The notes below the pieces were generated by a model, which saw only the letters and a program-made list of their open reading frames with translations, made no database searches and was not told where the DNA came from. This document shows positions 37,315-47,233 of a stretch of DNA of 64,000 nt, one piece after another. The stretch is from Candidatus Bathyarchaeota archaeon (lineage in GTDB: Archaea; Thermoproteota; Bathyarchaeia; Bathyarchaeales; Bathycorpusculaceae): positions 7,135-71,134 of the forward strand of contig JAOZHY010000029.1 of assembly GCA_026014595.1 (NCBI GenBank), given 5' to 3'. Made by a program: the position numbers and the translations under genes. Each line of letters starts with the position of its first letter. The stretch's first letter is position 1.

Positions 37315-37824
37315 ATGAAGACTGAACTATGTAGCTTCTGTCTAAAGAGTGGCATACTGTGCCAAAAATGCTCAGCAAAAGTCAAAGCTGGCGAGATAAG
37401 CGAGTTAGACCTGAGAATCGCCCGCCTGCTGCTGTCTCTTGAAGAGAAGTATCCTTCCCTCCAAAACGTCTGCTTCTACAAGGCGGTCAGCGTCGAGAAG
37501 ACTTTAGCCATAATCGTGGGACACGGAGATGTGCCGCGTCTTTTAGGTTACGGCGGCAAAATCATCAAAGCGATAGGTGACGAAACAAACAAGTCTGTCC
37601 GCATCTTGGAATACGGGGTTGACGATCGCAAGTTCCTCGAAGACTTGTTCATCCCTCTCAGTATATTAACCATAAACACTATATGGTTGCCTGACGGCTC
37701 CACTGAAACCCGGGTAATTTTGAAGAAAAAGCGCGGTACGCCGTTGCCCTTCGACCTGAAGGCTTTAAAGGAAATCGCCCGTAAAGTACGTAAAATGTCG
37801 TTACGCGTCGAGTTTGCTGAGTGA
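37315..37824 (+). CDS. NusA-like KH-domain protein with N-terminal Cys motif
   Basis: CSFC.KSGILCQKC; KH motif LLGYGGKIIK. Confidence 0.75.
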   Translation: MKTELCSFCLKSGILCQKCSAKVKAGEISELDLRIARLLLSLEEKYPSLQNVCFYKAVSVEKTLAIIVGHGDVPRLLGYGGKIIKAIGDETNKSVRILEYGVDDRKFLEDLFIPLSILTINTIWLPDGSTETRVILKKKRGTPLPFDLKALKEIARKVRKMSLRVEFAE

Positions 37825-39161
37825 AGGAGCGCACTGGACTCATGAAGTTGGATGCTTTAGGCGATTGGGTTAGAACAGCTTATTCTGCGAACGTTACGCC
37901 TGAAATGGATGGACAAGAGGTCACACTTTTGGGTTGGGTTCAGGAAGTACGTGACCTAGGTGGAATCCGCTTCGTTATACTTCAGGACAGGGAAGGCACC
38001 ATCCAAATTACCATTCCAAAGAAAAAAGTCAGCCCCGAAGTACTGTCGAAGTCCGATAAGCTGCAGAAGCGCTTCAGCATCGGCGTAAAAGGCACCGTGA
38101 AAAAGACCAACATGACGCCGAGAGGCGTCGAAGTGATGCCGAAGGAGATAAAAGTTTTCAGCACAGCCACTGAGCAGCTGCCCATAGACATCACGGGCAA
38201 AACACCAGCACTCATCGAAGCCCGCTTGGACGCGAGGGCATTAGACCTCTGCCAAGAACAAAACCTTGCGGCATTCAAGATTCAACACCACGCCCTTGCG
38301 GCGATACGCGATTTCCTGTTCGAAAAAGGTTTCTTGGAAGTTCACACGCCCCGCATCATCGCCTCAGCAACTGAAGGCGGCGCAGCACTGTTCACCGTGG
38401 ACTACTTCGGCGAAAAAGCGTTTCTCGCCCAGAGCCCACAACTGTACAAGGAACAGCTTGTAATGAGCCTCGAAAAAGTTTTTGAAGTTGGCCCTTTCTT
38501 CAGGGCAGAAGCGTCACACACGCGCAGACACCTGAGCGAGTTCGTTTCAGTAGACATCGAACAAGCATTCGCGGATGCCAAAAGCGTTATGGAGCTTCTT
38601 GAGCAGACAATACACCACGCATGCAAAGCGGTGAACGAAAAATGCTCCAACGAGTTAACATTACTCAAGCACAAAGTCGAGGTTCCCACACTACCTTTCA
38701 AGCGGTTGACTTACGACGAAGTGCTCCACGACTTGAAAAAGAAAGGCGTGGAGGTGCCGTGGGGCGAAGACATACCAACCGAGGCTTTCAGGGTTCTGGG
38801 CAAGCTGTACCCGCATTTCTATTTCATAACGGATTGGCCCACGCACTCTAAAGCGTTCTACATAAAACCGCGAGAGGACAAGCCTGAACTTTGCGAGGGG
38901 TTTGATTTGATGTGGCGCTGGATTGAGCTGGTTTCGGGTGGAACCAGAATCGCTGACAAAGCCCTCCTGGTGAGCCGATTGAAGGAGCAGGGCTTAAACC
39001 CAGAAGCGTTCAAGTATCATCTTCAAGCATTTGATTATGGGATGCCGCCTCACGCGGGCTGGGCAATCGGGTTGGAGCGGCTTACCATGATTTTGACCGG
39101 CAAAAAGAACATTCGCGAAGTGACGCTGTACCCGAGAGATAGGTCCAGATTGACACCGTAG
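37821..39161 (+). CDS. aspS: aspartyl-tRNA synthetase (archaeal type)
   Basis: RDLGG, LAQSPQLYKE, FRAE, GMPPHAGWAIGLER. Confidence 0.96.
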   Translation: MKERTGLMKLDALGDWVRTAYSANVTPEMDGQEVTLLGWVQEVRDLGGIRFVILQDREGTIQITIPKKKVSPEVLSKSDKLQKRFSIGVKGTVKKTNMTPRGVEVMPKEIKVFSTATEQLPIDITGKTPALIEARLDARALDLCQEQNLAAFKIQHHALAAIRDFLFEKGFLEVHTPRIIASATEGGAALFTVDYFGEKAFLAQSPQLYKEQLVMSLEKVFEVGPFFRAEASHTRRHLSEFVSVDIEQAFADAKSVMELLEQTIHHACKAVNEKCSNELTLLKHKVEVPTLPFKRLTYDEVLHDLKKKGVEVPWGEDIPTEAFRVLGKLYPHFYFITDWPTHSKAFYIKPREDKPELCEGFDLMWRWIELVSGGTRIADKALLVSRLKEQGLNPEAFKYHLQAFDYGMPPHAGWAIGLERLTMILTGKKNIREVTLYPRDRSRLTP

Positions 39162-39256
39162 ATTGTTTCTTCTTTAACTGTTTTATAGAAGTTATTTTCA
39201 GAATGAATATAACTGGGTGCACGCGTAAGTGTTTGAGAAAGGAGTTGTAAAAGGGA

Positions 39257-39691
39257 GTGGCGAGAAAAAAATACGCTCTACTATTGTTGGCGGTTATGCT
39301 GGCGGTTCTAGTCATTAACTTTTCGGCAACAAACGCAAGCAGCACGTTGACCTGCTCAAGCGACAATGACGGAGTGGTGAACAAAGCTCCGGGCGACGCG
39401 TTCACGGTTAAAATCACGTTTAAGAACACGGGAAAAACTGAAGGCAACTGGAGCATAAATATCGCTTTCGAAGGCGACTCATGGTCTCAAACTGGAACGG
39501 CAATAAACCTTACACTGAAACCTGGAAACTCCAAGACCTTGACGTGGAATGGCAACGTTCCAGCCAACGCAACCGTCAATTCGATAGCGCGGCTTGTAGT
39601 GTACTATAACGACTCGTTCAAAGCGCTTGACTGGTGGATTCTGGTGGTTCCTGGCGCAGAACTGAGCATAACATCAAGCACCGTAGAATAA
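39257..39691 (+). CDS. secreted Ig-like domain protein
   Basis: Signal peptide; PGD..TVKITFKNTG..L.PG.S CARDB/Ig-like pattern. Confidence 0.7.
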   Translation: MARKKYALLLLAVMLAVLVINFSATNASSTLTCSSDNDGVVNKAPGDAFTVKITFKNTGKTEGNWSINIAFEGDSWSQTGTAINLTLKPGNSKTLTWNGNVPANATVNSIARLVVYYNDSFKALDWWILVVPGAELSITSSTVE

Positions 39692-39796
39692 TCCAACAAC
39701 CATCAAACGGCAAAGATTAACCCATTTTCCACACGAGAGTTTAGTCGCCCCATAAAACAAAGACGCGCCAGAAGCAAGTCTTCAGGTTAAGCCAAA

Positions 39797-39835
39797 CTAT
39801 TTATAGAGGGGTATCAGTCAAAAATTACACGCCAG
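39797..39835 (+). repeat. solo 39-bp repeat module
   Basis: CTATTTATAGAGGGGTATCAGTCAAAAATTACACGCCAG; shares TATAGAGGGGTA with the core repeat. Confidence 0.55.
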
Positions 39836-39880
39836 AAAGTTTGGACCCAAAAAAAGAACTGAAAAAGGTGCACGATATGG

Positions 39881-40549
39881 TTATTCTCTGCTTGAGAGCA
39901 CAAGAATGTAGTCTGCAGTGTCCGCGCACATGTCCGCAGCATGTTCAATGAACTCGATTAAGTCATCGAATATTACCATGGTTCCGCAGTTGACTTGTTC
40001 TCCATACTTTACGAACAACGTCTTCGCTTTAAGGTACTCCGCATCAATATCGTGCTCAATTTCTCCCACCTTCCTTGCCTGCTCAATCGCTTCAGAAGGG
40101 TTGAAAGAAATCTTTTCGATGCTGCTGCGCAAAGTTTGAGCAGTATCCACCAGCTTTGAAGTCATGTAAACGGTTTTAGTGCACAGTTCCTCAGGGATTT
40201 TCGCTTCTCCCAACATCTCTAGGCAGCGTGCAGCGTCTTTAGTGTGGTCCGCAAGCGTGTCCAGTCTTTTCACGAGATGCAGTAAGTCTTCCCGGTAATC
40301 CGCCACTAACGCTGCACCTTTGGAGAGTTCCATGAAAACGTCCGTACGCAAACGGTCCACTTCTTCTTCCGCCTTGTACAGGTTCTCGATGTACTTCTTG
40401 GCTTCCTTAATGTTACCTTCTGAAAAGCTTTTCATGGCTTTGTTGAGCCACGTCACTGTGTCAAAGGCTTTCGTTATCTGTTCATGGGCTAGTTCCAGCC
40501 CCTTTGTTCTACGACGTTTCTCAAACCAACCGTAGCTTCTCTTTTCCAT
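39881..40549 (-). CDS. DUF47/PhoU-like phosphate transport regulator
   Basis: EEEVD..R...REDL..L...LD.LAD and E.DID...E.AAD..AD.AD duplicated acidic helices. Confidence 0.88.
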   Translation of the reverse strand: MEKRSYGWFEKRRRTKGLELAHEQITKAFDTVTWLNKAMKSFSEGNIKEAKKYIENLYKAEEEVDRLRTDVFMELSKGAALVADYREDLLHLVKRLDTLADHTKDAARCLEMLGEAKIPEELCTKTVYMTSKLVDTAQTLRSSIEKISFNPSEAIEQARKVGEIEHDIDAEYLKAKTLFVKYGEQVNCGTMVIFDDLIEFIEHAADMCADTADYILVLSSRE

Positions 40550-40940
40550 CCAAGCGCATCTCCGTCTTTACTACTTATTTAGAATGGTTCACATATAACC
40601 CTTCTCTTACAGCACGAACAGGTGCTGAATGAACTTTGCCTCCGTGCTGCTGATTGTTACGCCAGGCATGCGTCAATCGCCAAAAACCAATCCACAAGGT
40701 CCATCCCATCCACGTGAACCTGTTTCTTTCCTTTCCTCTTATCGCCCATAGCCCTTGCCGCCACATAAATCTCCTCGACAAACTATTTCACACGTGAATG
40801 AAGTACCACGGCTCCGTGTTTGTGTTAGCCGCTTTTTTCCTCGCTTTTAGTCGCTGCATTTCAATCTCCACTACCACTAATCTGTTCCACTTTATTTAGA
40901 ATCTCCACATATTATATAGAAGCCAATTTAGCCTATATAG

Positions 40941-41858
40941 TCAGTTGCCCAGAACCACCCTTGCCAACGCAACCTTGTCCTCCAAGCTCCTCATTAAAGT
41001 GTTAGCAACTTTAACCTCAATCCCCAATCTCTCAATCCTGCTCCTCTCTGCAGCATCCGCAGCATCCAAAACGAAAGTGTCCAAGAAGTCAGCGTACAGC
41101 TTCGCCACCGCGAACGCGGAAACCTCAAGCCCCAAACCCCGCATAATCTTATCTGCTGGACCCTTAATCGGTGCGCCAGCAACAATCGGAGTTATCGCTA
41201 TTTTTCTCGCCTCTGTGTGCCGCAATGCGTCTCTTACGCCGTCGACAGTCAAAATCGTGCCGATGCTGACCACAGGGTTGCTGGGGCAAACAATCACCAA
41301 CTCAGCATCCATAATCGCTTCCAGCACACCAGCAGCAGGCTTCGCAGTGTCCGCTCCGAGAAATTCGACACCTAACACATCGTCTCTTGAACCGTTTTTG
41401 ACATAATATTCTTCAAAATGAACCGACCCTTCCGCCGTGATGATTCGTGTCTCAAACTTGTCATCTGTCATGGGCAGAATCCTCACGCCAAGCCCGAAAG
41501 CCTCAGTTATTTTCGCGGTAATCTCGGAAAGCTTCCAGCCCCTTTTCAGCAGACTTGTCCGAAACAGGTGCGTCGCCAAATCCCTGTCGCCCAGAGCAAA
41601 CCAAGATTCGCCACCCATTTTCCTAAGCGCTTCGAGACAATGGAAAGTGTCGCCTTTGAATCCCCAACCCTTCTCCTCATCAACCACCCCTGCCAACGTG
41701 TACGTGACGATGTCCAAGTCTGGGCTTATGTGCAAGCCGAAAAGTTCTATGTCGTCGCCTGTGTTCACGATTACGGATAAGCTCTTTTCGTCAACAAGTT
41801 TCACGAGTCCTGTTAGAAATCTGGCTGCTCCAACTCCACCTGCCAACGCCGTAATCAC
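40941..41858 (-). CDS. cofD: 2-phospho-L-lactate transferase
   Basis: LAGGVGAA, VNTGDD, SPDLD, LGDRDLATH, PSNPVVSI, GPADK. Confidence 0.95.
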   Translation of the reverse strand: MITALAGGVGAARFLTGLVKLVDEKSLSVIVNTGDDIELFGLHISPDLDIVTYTLAGVVDEEKGWGFKGDTFHCLEALRKMGGESWFALGDRDLATHLFRTSLLKRGWKLSEITAKITEAFGLGVRILPMTDDKFETRIITAEGSVHFEEYYVKNGSRDDVLGVEFLGADTAKPAAGVLEAIMDAELVIVCPSNPVVSIGTILTVDGVRDALRHTEARKIAITPIVAGAPIKGPADKIMRGLGLEVSAFAVAKLYADFLDTFVLDAADAAERSRIERLGIEVKVANTLMRSLEDKVALARVVLGN

Positions 41859-41934
41859 GGTTTTCCACTCTCAAGAGTCCATGTGCTCAAAGCATTTAAG
41901 GAATTTTCGACTCGAAAGCCACGCGATTTCCTTG

Positions 41935-42414
41935 CTACGTTGTGTGGCTTTCTCTTTCCGAAACCCAGTATTCGCTGCTTGCACCTTTCGCGCTAATTAT
42001 GCGTTCTTTCTTGAACACAGGCGCTTCGCTCTTGTACCGCTCCACGGCTTCCTTCAGAACTGGAAAAACATCCGTTCTATGCGAACCCGCAACAGAAACG
42101 TAAACCAAGTCTTCGCCAACTTTAAATTCGCCGAGCAAATGGTGAATCTGAACGTCAACTATGCCAGGTTTCTTGGAGAGATCCGTGCAGATTTTCTCAA
42201 GAACCTCGTTGGCTTTCTCCTCATACGCTTCCAGCGTGAGTTTCTCCACTTTTTCCCCTTGTAGGGTTTCGCCCCGAGCTACACCGATAAAAAGCGCTAT
42301 GGCCCCTGCTTTGTCGAAGTTCTGACTTTTTTTGGTTTTGTTTATCACATCTAAAATGGAAAAGGTTCCTTTTTTATGGACTCCTGCGTGCTGGGTCAAA
42401 TTTTTCACCTTCAT
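41935..42414 (-). CDS. moaE: molybdopterin synthase catalytic subunit
   Basis: GAIALFIG.AR, EAY, H..G...VGE, HR, K..APVFKKE. Confidence 0.92.
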   Translation of the reverse strand: MKVKNLTQHAGVHKKGTFSILDVINKTKKSQNFDKAGAIALFIGVARGETLQGEKVEKLTLEAYEEKANEVLEKICTDLSKKPGIVDVQIHHLLGEFKVGEDLVYVSVAGSHRTDVFPVLKEAVERYKSEAPVFKKERIISAKGASSEYWVSERESHTT

Positions 42415-42512
42415 GCTACTGCCGAAGAACTGGTTTACATGTAAGCAGTCACGGCTCTAAAGACGTTTCGCATAAAACGATGAGAAATAATGAAACGCTG
42501 GCGCCAGCGTGT

Positions 42513-43127
42513 TTAAGCCGCTTTCGCTTCTTGCACAGGCACCTGTGCTGGCTGCGCTATCAGCTTCGATTTTCTTATGCCCACATGTCTAAGCGGCGCA
42601 ACTTTCTTGGCTTGGTTGTAAACGTCAGAAGCTATTTTTCCAAGCACCATTTCTTGCACAAAACTGTCCAAGTTCAGCGTAGAAGCCTTTTCGGTGGTGA
42701 TTTTCTCCATGATGTCGCGGATAAGCTTCTCCTGAGATGTCTTTATCCGTGAAAGCGTGAGGGCCGAAACCGCAATTCTCAATTTGTAGCCGTCTTTGGT
42801 GGTCAAGTTGAAAAGCCCATCAACCTTCGTGGTTCGTCTTCGCACAAGACTGCGAAGGTAGTCACGGCTGTACTCGTGTCCTTTGAACATCGTGTGAGCG
42901 GTTTTGCCTTCGATTTCGCTGATTTGGAAGAACATCTTCAAGTACTGGTGGGAAAAGTCCCCAGTTATGTCATAAAGCGTTGCTTCGACAACTCTTCCAA
43001 TGAGCTGTTCAGGTTCTTCCGCTGGCACTGCGCCTAACTCAACGTTTCCGAAGAATGGTGGCGCTATCACCATGTACCAGGCTTTTCCTCGCCATTTATC
43101 GCGTAAATGCTTTGTTTTTGAAGACAC
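42513..43127 (-). CDS. rps3ae: 30S ribosomal protein S3ae
   Basis: DKWRGKAWY, GRVVEATL.D.TGD, RDYLRSLVRR, PLR.V.IRKSK. Confidence 0.96.
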   Translation of the reverse strand: MSSKTKHLRDKWRGKAWYMVIAPPFFGNVELGAVPAEEPEQLIGRVVEATLYDITGDFSHQYLKMFFQISEIEGKTAHTMFKGHEYSRDYLRSLVRRRTTKVDGLFNLTTKDGYKLRIAVSALTLSRIKTSQEKLIRDIMEKITTEKASTLNLDSFVQEMVLGKIASDVYNQAKKVAPLRHVGIRKSKLIAQPAQVPVQEAKAA

Positions 43128-43183
43128 GTTGATCCTCCGAATGCGCCTTCATCATTCTCGGGGATATAAATAAATGTTTACCG

Positions 43184-44476
43184 CTAAGGGCTTATCTTCT
43201 CGATGCTGCCCATGTACTTTCGCAGCGCTTCAGGAACCGTGATTGTGCCGTCTTCTTGCTGATAGTTCTCCAATAATGCTACGATGGTTCTGCCAGTTGC
43301 TATGGCCGTTGAGTTCAAGGTGTGCACGAAGCCCTTTGTGGGTGCACCTTCTTTTTCTCTGTACCTTATGTTTAATCGCCTCGCTTGGTAATCTGTGCAG
43401 TTGCTGCAGGAGATGATTTCTCGGTATGAGTTTTGCGCGGGCATCCAGGCTTCGATGTCGTATTTTTTAGCTGCCACTGTGCCGATGTCGCCTGTGCACA
43501 CGTTGACAACGCGGTAAGGCAAGCCAAGTTTCTGGACAAGATCTTCCGCGTTTTGAAGAAGCTCTTCATGAAGTTGCCAAGACTGCTCGGGCGTGCAGAA
43601 GATGAACTGTTCTATCTTATTAAACTGGTGAGTTCGGAATATACCGCGTGTGTCTTTGCCGTGTGCACCTGCTTCTTTCCTGAAGCACGCGCTTACGCCT
43701 GCAAGTTTAAGAGGAAGGTCCTCTTCTTTGAAGACTTCGTTCATGTACATGGCTGCCATGGGATGTTCCGATGTGGCGATAAGGTACAGGTCTTCGTTCT
43801 CAATTTTGTAAAGCACATCCCCGAAGTCGCTGAGCGCTGTGACTCCTTCGTAGGGTTCTCGTTTCATCAGGTATGGCGGTTCCACAGGTTGATAGCCTTT
43901 CTTCACGAGCTCTTCCATGGCGAAGCTCATCAGCGCCATATCCAAGAGAACGCCTTGTCCTTTTAGGAAGAAGAATCTTGCGCCAGCGACTTTGCTTGCC
44001 CTTTCAACGTCAACTATGCCCAAGTTTACGGCTAGATCAATGTGGTTTTTTGCTGTGAAGCCGAATTTTGCCGGTTTGCCCCATGTTTTGATTTGAACGT
44101 TGTCGTTTTCATCTTTCCCGAACGGCACGGTTTCATGAAGCAGGTTCGGAAGCCTCATCAGGTAATAACGTGTTTTCTCTTCCTGCTCGATGACCTGTTT
44201 TTCGATTGTTGAGATTTCAGCGTCGATTGCCTTTGCTTTTTCAACTTCTTCAACTGCGTTTTTCCCTGCCTTCTTTAACTTGGCGATTTCAATGGTTACG
44301 AGTTTTCTTTCGTGACGAAGGTCATTGAGCTTTGTCAAGTTCTGCCGCCATTCCCTGTCAACCCTGATGAGTTCATCAAGCATCATGTCGTTTTCAGGGT
44401 TTCCTCTCTTGGCCAAGTTTTCCTTCACGAACTGAGGGTTTTCCCGGATAAGTTTGATGTCCAACATTTTATTCAC
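43184..44476 (-). CDS. serS: seryl-tRNA synthetase (standard type)
   Basis: MLDIKLIRE, LIATSEHP, FRKEAG, SCSNCTDYQARR, HTLNST. Confidence 0.97.
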   Translation of the reverse strand: MNKMLDIKLIRENPQFVKENLAKRGNPENDMMLDELIRVDREWRQNLTKLNDLRHERKLVTIEIAKLKKAGKNAVEEVEKAKAIDAEISTIEKQVIEQEEKTRYYLMRLPNLLHETVPFGKDENDNVQIKTWGKPAKFGFTAKNHIDLAVNLGIVDVERASKVAGARFFFLKGQGVLLDMALMSFAMEELVKKGYQPVEPPYLMKREPYEGVTALSDFGDVLYKIENEDLYLIATSEHPMAAMYMNEVFKEEDLPLKLAGVSACFRKEAGAHGKDTRGIFRTHQFNKIEQFIFCTPEQSWQLHEELLQNAEDLVQKLGLPYRVVNVCTGDIGTVAAKKYDIEAWMPAQNSYREIISCSNCTDYQARRLNIRYREKEGAPTKGFVHTLNSTAIATGRTIVALLENYQQEDGTITVPEALRKYMGSIEKISP

Positions 44477-44606
44477 GGAAGCGCTCTGTAATTTTAGATT
44501 GCCTGATTATTTAAACTTGCGATAACGGTTCAGTCTATTTTCTGCCCCTTTCATATACTATAAGTAGCGTTGAAGATCTGTTGCTCTACGGCTAATCTCT
44601 TTTCTC

Positions 44607-44694
44607 GTTTTCTGCATGGTTTTGGCTGTTTTCGGCGCCAATAGCGACCCCCCTCTATAGGTTTCAGCAACCAACCACTAATAGGCTCCAAATA
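44607..44694 (-). repeat. dispersed ~90-bp intergenic repeat, copy C (reverse orientation)
   Basis: Reverse complement reads TATTTGGAGCCTATTAGTGGTTGGTTGCTGAAACCTATAGAGGGGGGTCGCTATTGGCGCCGAAAACAGCCAAAACCATGCAGAAAAC. Confidence 0.93.
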
Positions 44695-44877
44695 GGTTGG
44701 TCAAAAAATGCATGCGTTAAGCGGGTCGGGTTTTCTGCTTATTGTTGTTTCCTTTTATTTGTTTAGGGTTTTAGGTGTCTTGACTGGAACAATGCAGCCT
44801 ATGCTCCATGTGTTGAGGGTATGGCAAGATTAAAAGGGAACCCAGTACAATAGCGTATTAGCTCGGTGAAACGGTTT

Positions 44878-45252
44878 ATGAGCAAACGCGAAAGCGAAGT
44901 CACAGTTAGGTATGAGCCTTTCAAAGAAATCGTCATAATGGAACGTACCCTCTTCTCCACGCCTGAAGAAATCGCTCGCTTCACTTCCGTCATCGCAGGT
45001 GGCAAACTTGCTGGACTCTACTGGGTTGACGGCGTCGTCTTCCTCTACTTCCCGCTTCCCGCGTCCACAGCGGCAGTTGCCAAGATGCTTATCGAATCAG
45101 GCAAAGTTTACTGGACGTTTGTTGGCTATGCACTGATGCCGAAGTACGCGCCAACCATAGAAACCAAGGAGAAAATGATTGTCCCAGTCATAGACATATC
45201 CGCTGATACGGTCCTCGCAAAAGTCGCAAAATGGCTCAAAGAACAAACGTAA
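44878..45252 (+). CDS. hypothetical protein
   Basis: ATG 44878 after GGTGA SD; globular composition. Confidence 0.8.
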   Translation: MSKRESEVTVRYEPFKEIVIMERTLFSTPEEIARFTSVIAGGKLAGLYWVDGVVFLYFPLPASTAAVAKMLIESGKVYWTFVGYALMPKYAPTIETKEKMIVPVIDISADTVLAKVAKWLKEQT

Positions 45253-45304
45253 ATAATCTCTAACGCGTCAAAGACTGGCGGTTCCAGAGGGGTTCCTGCC
45301 TTAA

Positions 45305-45691
45305 TTGAAAAGAATAAAACTTACGGGCAAAGTTTTCTCTGGTACAGGAGAGGGTAGAAAGTACCTCACGTTGCCATGGGTTAAACAGCAAATCGAGAAG
45401 AAACTCGGCTTCACACCATACCCCGGGACCCTGAACATACTGCTTTCTGAAGAAAGCGCAAGGCGCAAAAAACTGCTTGAGATAGCAGACGCCATGAAGA
45501 TTCACCCTGCCGATGGCTATTGCAGCGGATTGCTCCACAAAGCAAGCATAGAGGATGTGGAATGTGCTATTGTGATTCCAGAGGTTGCAGGCTACCCGCG
45601 AGATTATCTGGAAGTCATCGCCGCCGACTATCTTCGGGCGAGGCTTCAGCTCAAAGACGGCGACACCGTCACGGTCACAGCAAACCTATAG
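45305..45691 (+). CDS. ribK: CTP-dependent riboflavin kinase
   Basis: GKVFSGTGEG..Y, LGFTPYPGTLN, EVIA...LR..L.L.DGD. Confidence 0.92.
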   Translation: MKRIKLTGKVFSGTGEGRKYLTLPWVKQQIEKKLGFTPYPGTLNILLSEESARRKKLLEIADAMKIHPADGYCSGLLHKASIEDVECAIVIPEVAGYPRDYLEVIAADYLRARLQLKDGDTVTVTANL

Positions 45692-47200
45692 CGACTGTTG
45701 AGTTTTGCTTCTTCGCTTCAGAAAATCGCACAGGTACTCATCTGCACAGCCGTTTTTCTTCAAGTATGCACCGTAACTTGCGAGCGCCCGCATGGCTCTG
45801 GCTGCGTCTTCCGGCGAGGGAAACGACGGAATCCCTAACTTGTCAAACCTGAAGCGAGTGTACAGTGCCATTTCGGTTTCGCCGATGTCGCACATGACGA
45901 TGGGCTTGGTGTATTTAGCGGCAACCTTCGCGACACCTTCTATGTATTTTTCACGCAAGCCCGGCAGATGATGTAGACCGAGCAGTAGTATGCCGTGAAC
46001 TTCGGGCGCCCTGAACATCAAGTCCGCTGCCACTTCGAACATGTCGTCGGTAACTGAGCCCGTGAGGTCAACAGGGTTCCCGGTGGCTGCAAACTTGGGA
46101 AGCACGCCTTGGTCTTTGAGCTTCTGGAACTCCTGCAGCGTGGCATCCGAGAACCGCTCCACGGTCAAGCCGTTGCTTGCCAACTCGTCCACCGCCATTA
46201 TGCCCGGTCCACCTGCGTCCGTGAGGACTCCGATGTTCTTGCCCATTGCCGGCGGTTGCATGGATAACGCTTTTCCAGTGTCGAAGAATTCTTCCATGTC
46301 TCTGGCGCGGATGACTCCGGTCTGCTCGAACGCTGCATCATAGATTTTGTCGGAGCCTGCGATGGCGCCCGTGTGCGAAGCTGCGGCACGGGCTCCCGCC
46401 TCACTTCTCCCTGCTTTAAGTGCCACTATGGGCTTTTTCAACGTGACTTTTTTGGCAATGCGGAGAAATTCTCGCCCGTGCTTTATGTCTTCCACGTACA
46501 AGAGTATGACTTTCGTCTCCTTGTCGTAGAGCAGGTAATGCATCATTTCTGATTCGGTTACGTCGCACTTGTTGCCGAAGCTCACGAATTTGCTGATTCC
46601 AATCTGACGTCCCGCCAAAAAGTCGAGTGCAGCGACCCCGAAGGCTCCGCTCTGCGTGACTATAGCTATGTCTCCTGACAGCGGTCTCGGGGTGGCGACC
46701 ACTTCGTCGCCTGTAGTCAGCACCTTGGTTTCCGGGAGGAAAAGCGTGTCCACGCCTGTTTTGGAGTAGTACACGCCAAGGCAGTTGGGTCCTAGGACGC
46801 GGATTCCGGCTTTTTTGGCTGTGGCTGCGATTTGATCTTCGGGCGCGGCGTTTCCGATTTCCCTAAAGCCTGAAGTGATAATTATGGCAGTCTTAACCTT
46901 CTTCGCCGCGGCTTCTTCCATGATGGTTGGCACGACGTTGGCTGGAACCACAACCACTATAAGTTCCAGCTCTCCTGGGATCTCGGTGATTGATGGGTAG
47001 CATTTGAAGCCCAGGATCGAGTCTTCGTGGGGATTCACGGGGTAAACCTCTCCTTTGAAGACTCCGCGGTTCTTGTTGGTGGCGAAGTTTCTGAAAATTA
47101 CGTGTCCAGCCTTGTCTATTTTTTTGGTGGCTCCGATGATGGCGGCTGAGCAGGGCTTGAAGAAGGCGCCTAGCTTCTCAGTTTCTTCCATAAGCGTCAC
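45686..47200 (-). CDS. acdA: acetate/acyl-CoA ligase (ADP-forming) alpha subunit
   Basis: CoA-binding domain, LGPNCLG, QSGA, phospho-His SHTGA, AGGPG, NPVDLTG. Confidence 0.9.
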   Translation of the reverse strand: MTLMEETEKLGAFFKPCSAAIIGATKKIDKAGHVIFRNFATNKNRGVFKGEVYPVNPHEDSILGFKCYPSITEIPGELELIVVVVPANVVPTIMEEAAAKKVKTAIIITSGFREIGNAAPEDQIAATAKKAGIRVLGPNCLGVYYSKTGVDTLFLPETKVLTTGDEVVATPRPLSGDIAIVTQSGAFGVAALDFLAGRQIGISKFVSFGNKCDVTESEMMHYLLYDKETKVILLYVEDIKHGREFLRIAKKVTLKKPIVALKAGRSEAGARAAASHTGAIAGSDKIYDAAFEQTGVIRARDMEEFFDTGKALSMQPPAMGKNIGVLTDAGGPGIMAVDELASNGLTVERFSDATLQEFQKLKDQGVLPKFAATGNPVDLTGSVTDDMFEVAADLMFRAPEVHGILLLGLHHLPGLREKYIEGVAKVAAKYTKPIVMCDIGETEMALYTRFRFDKLGIPSFPSPEDAARAMRALASYGAYLKKNGCADEYLCDFLKRRSKTQQSL

Positions 47201-47233
47201 AGCGTTCCTTAAAGGCGATGACAGGTTTATTCT

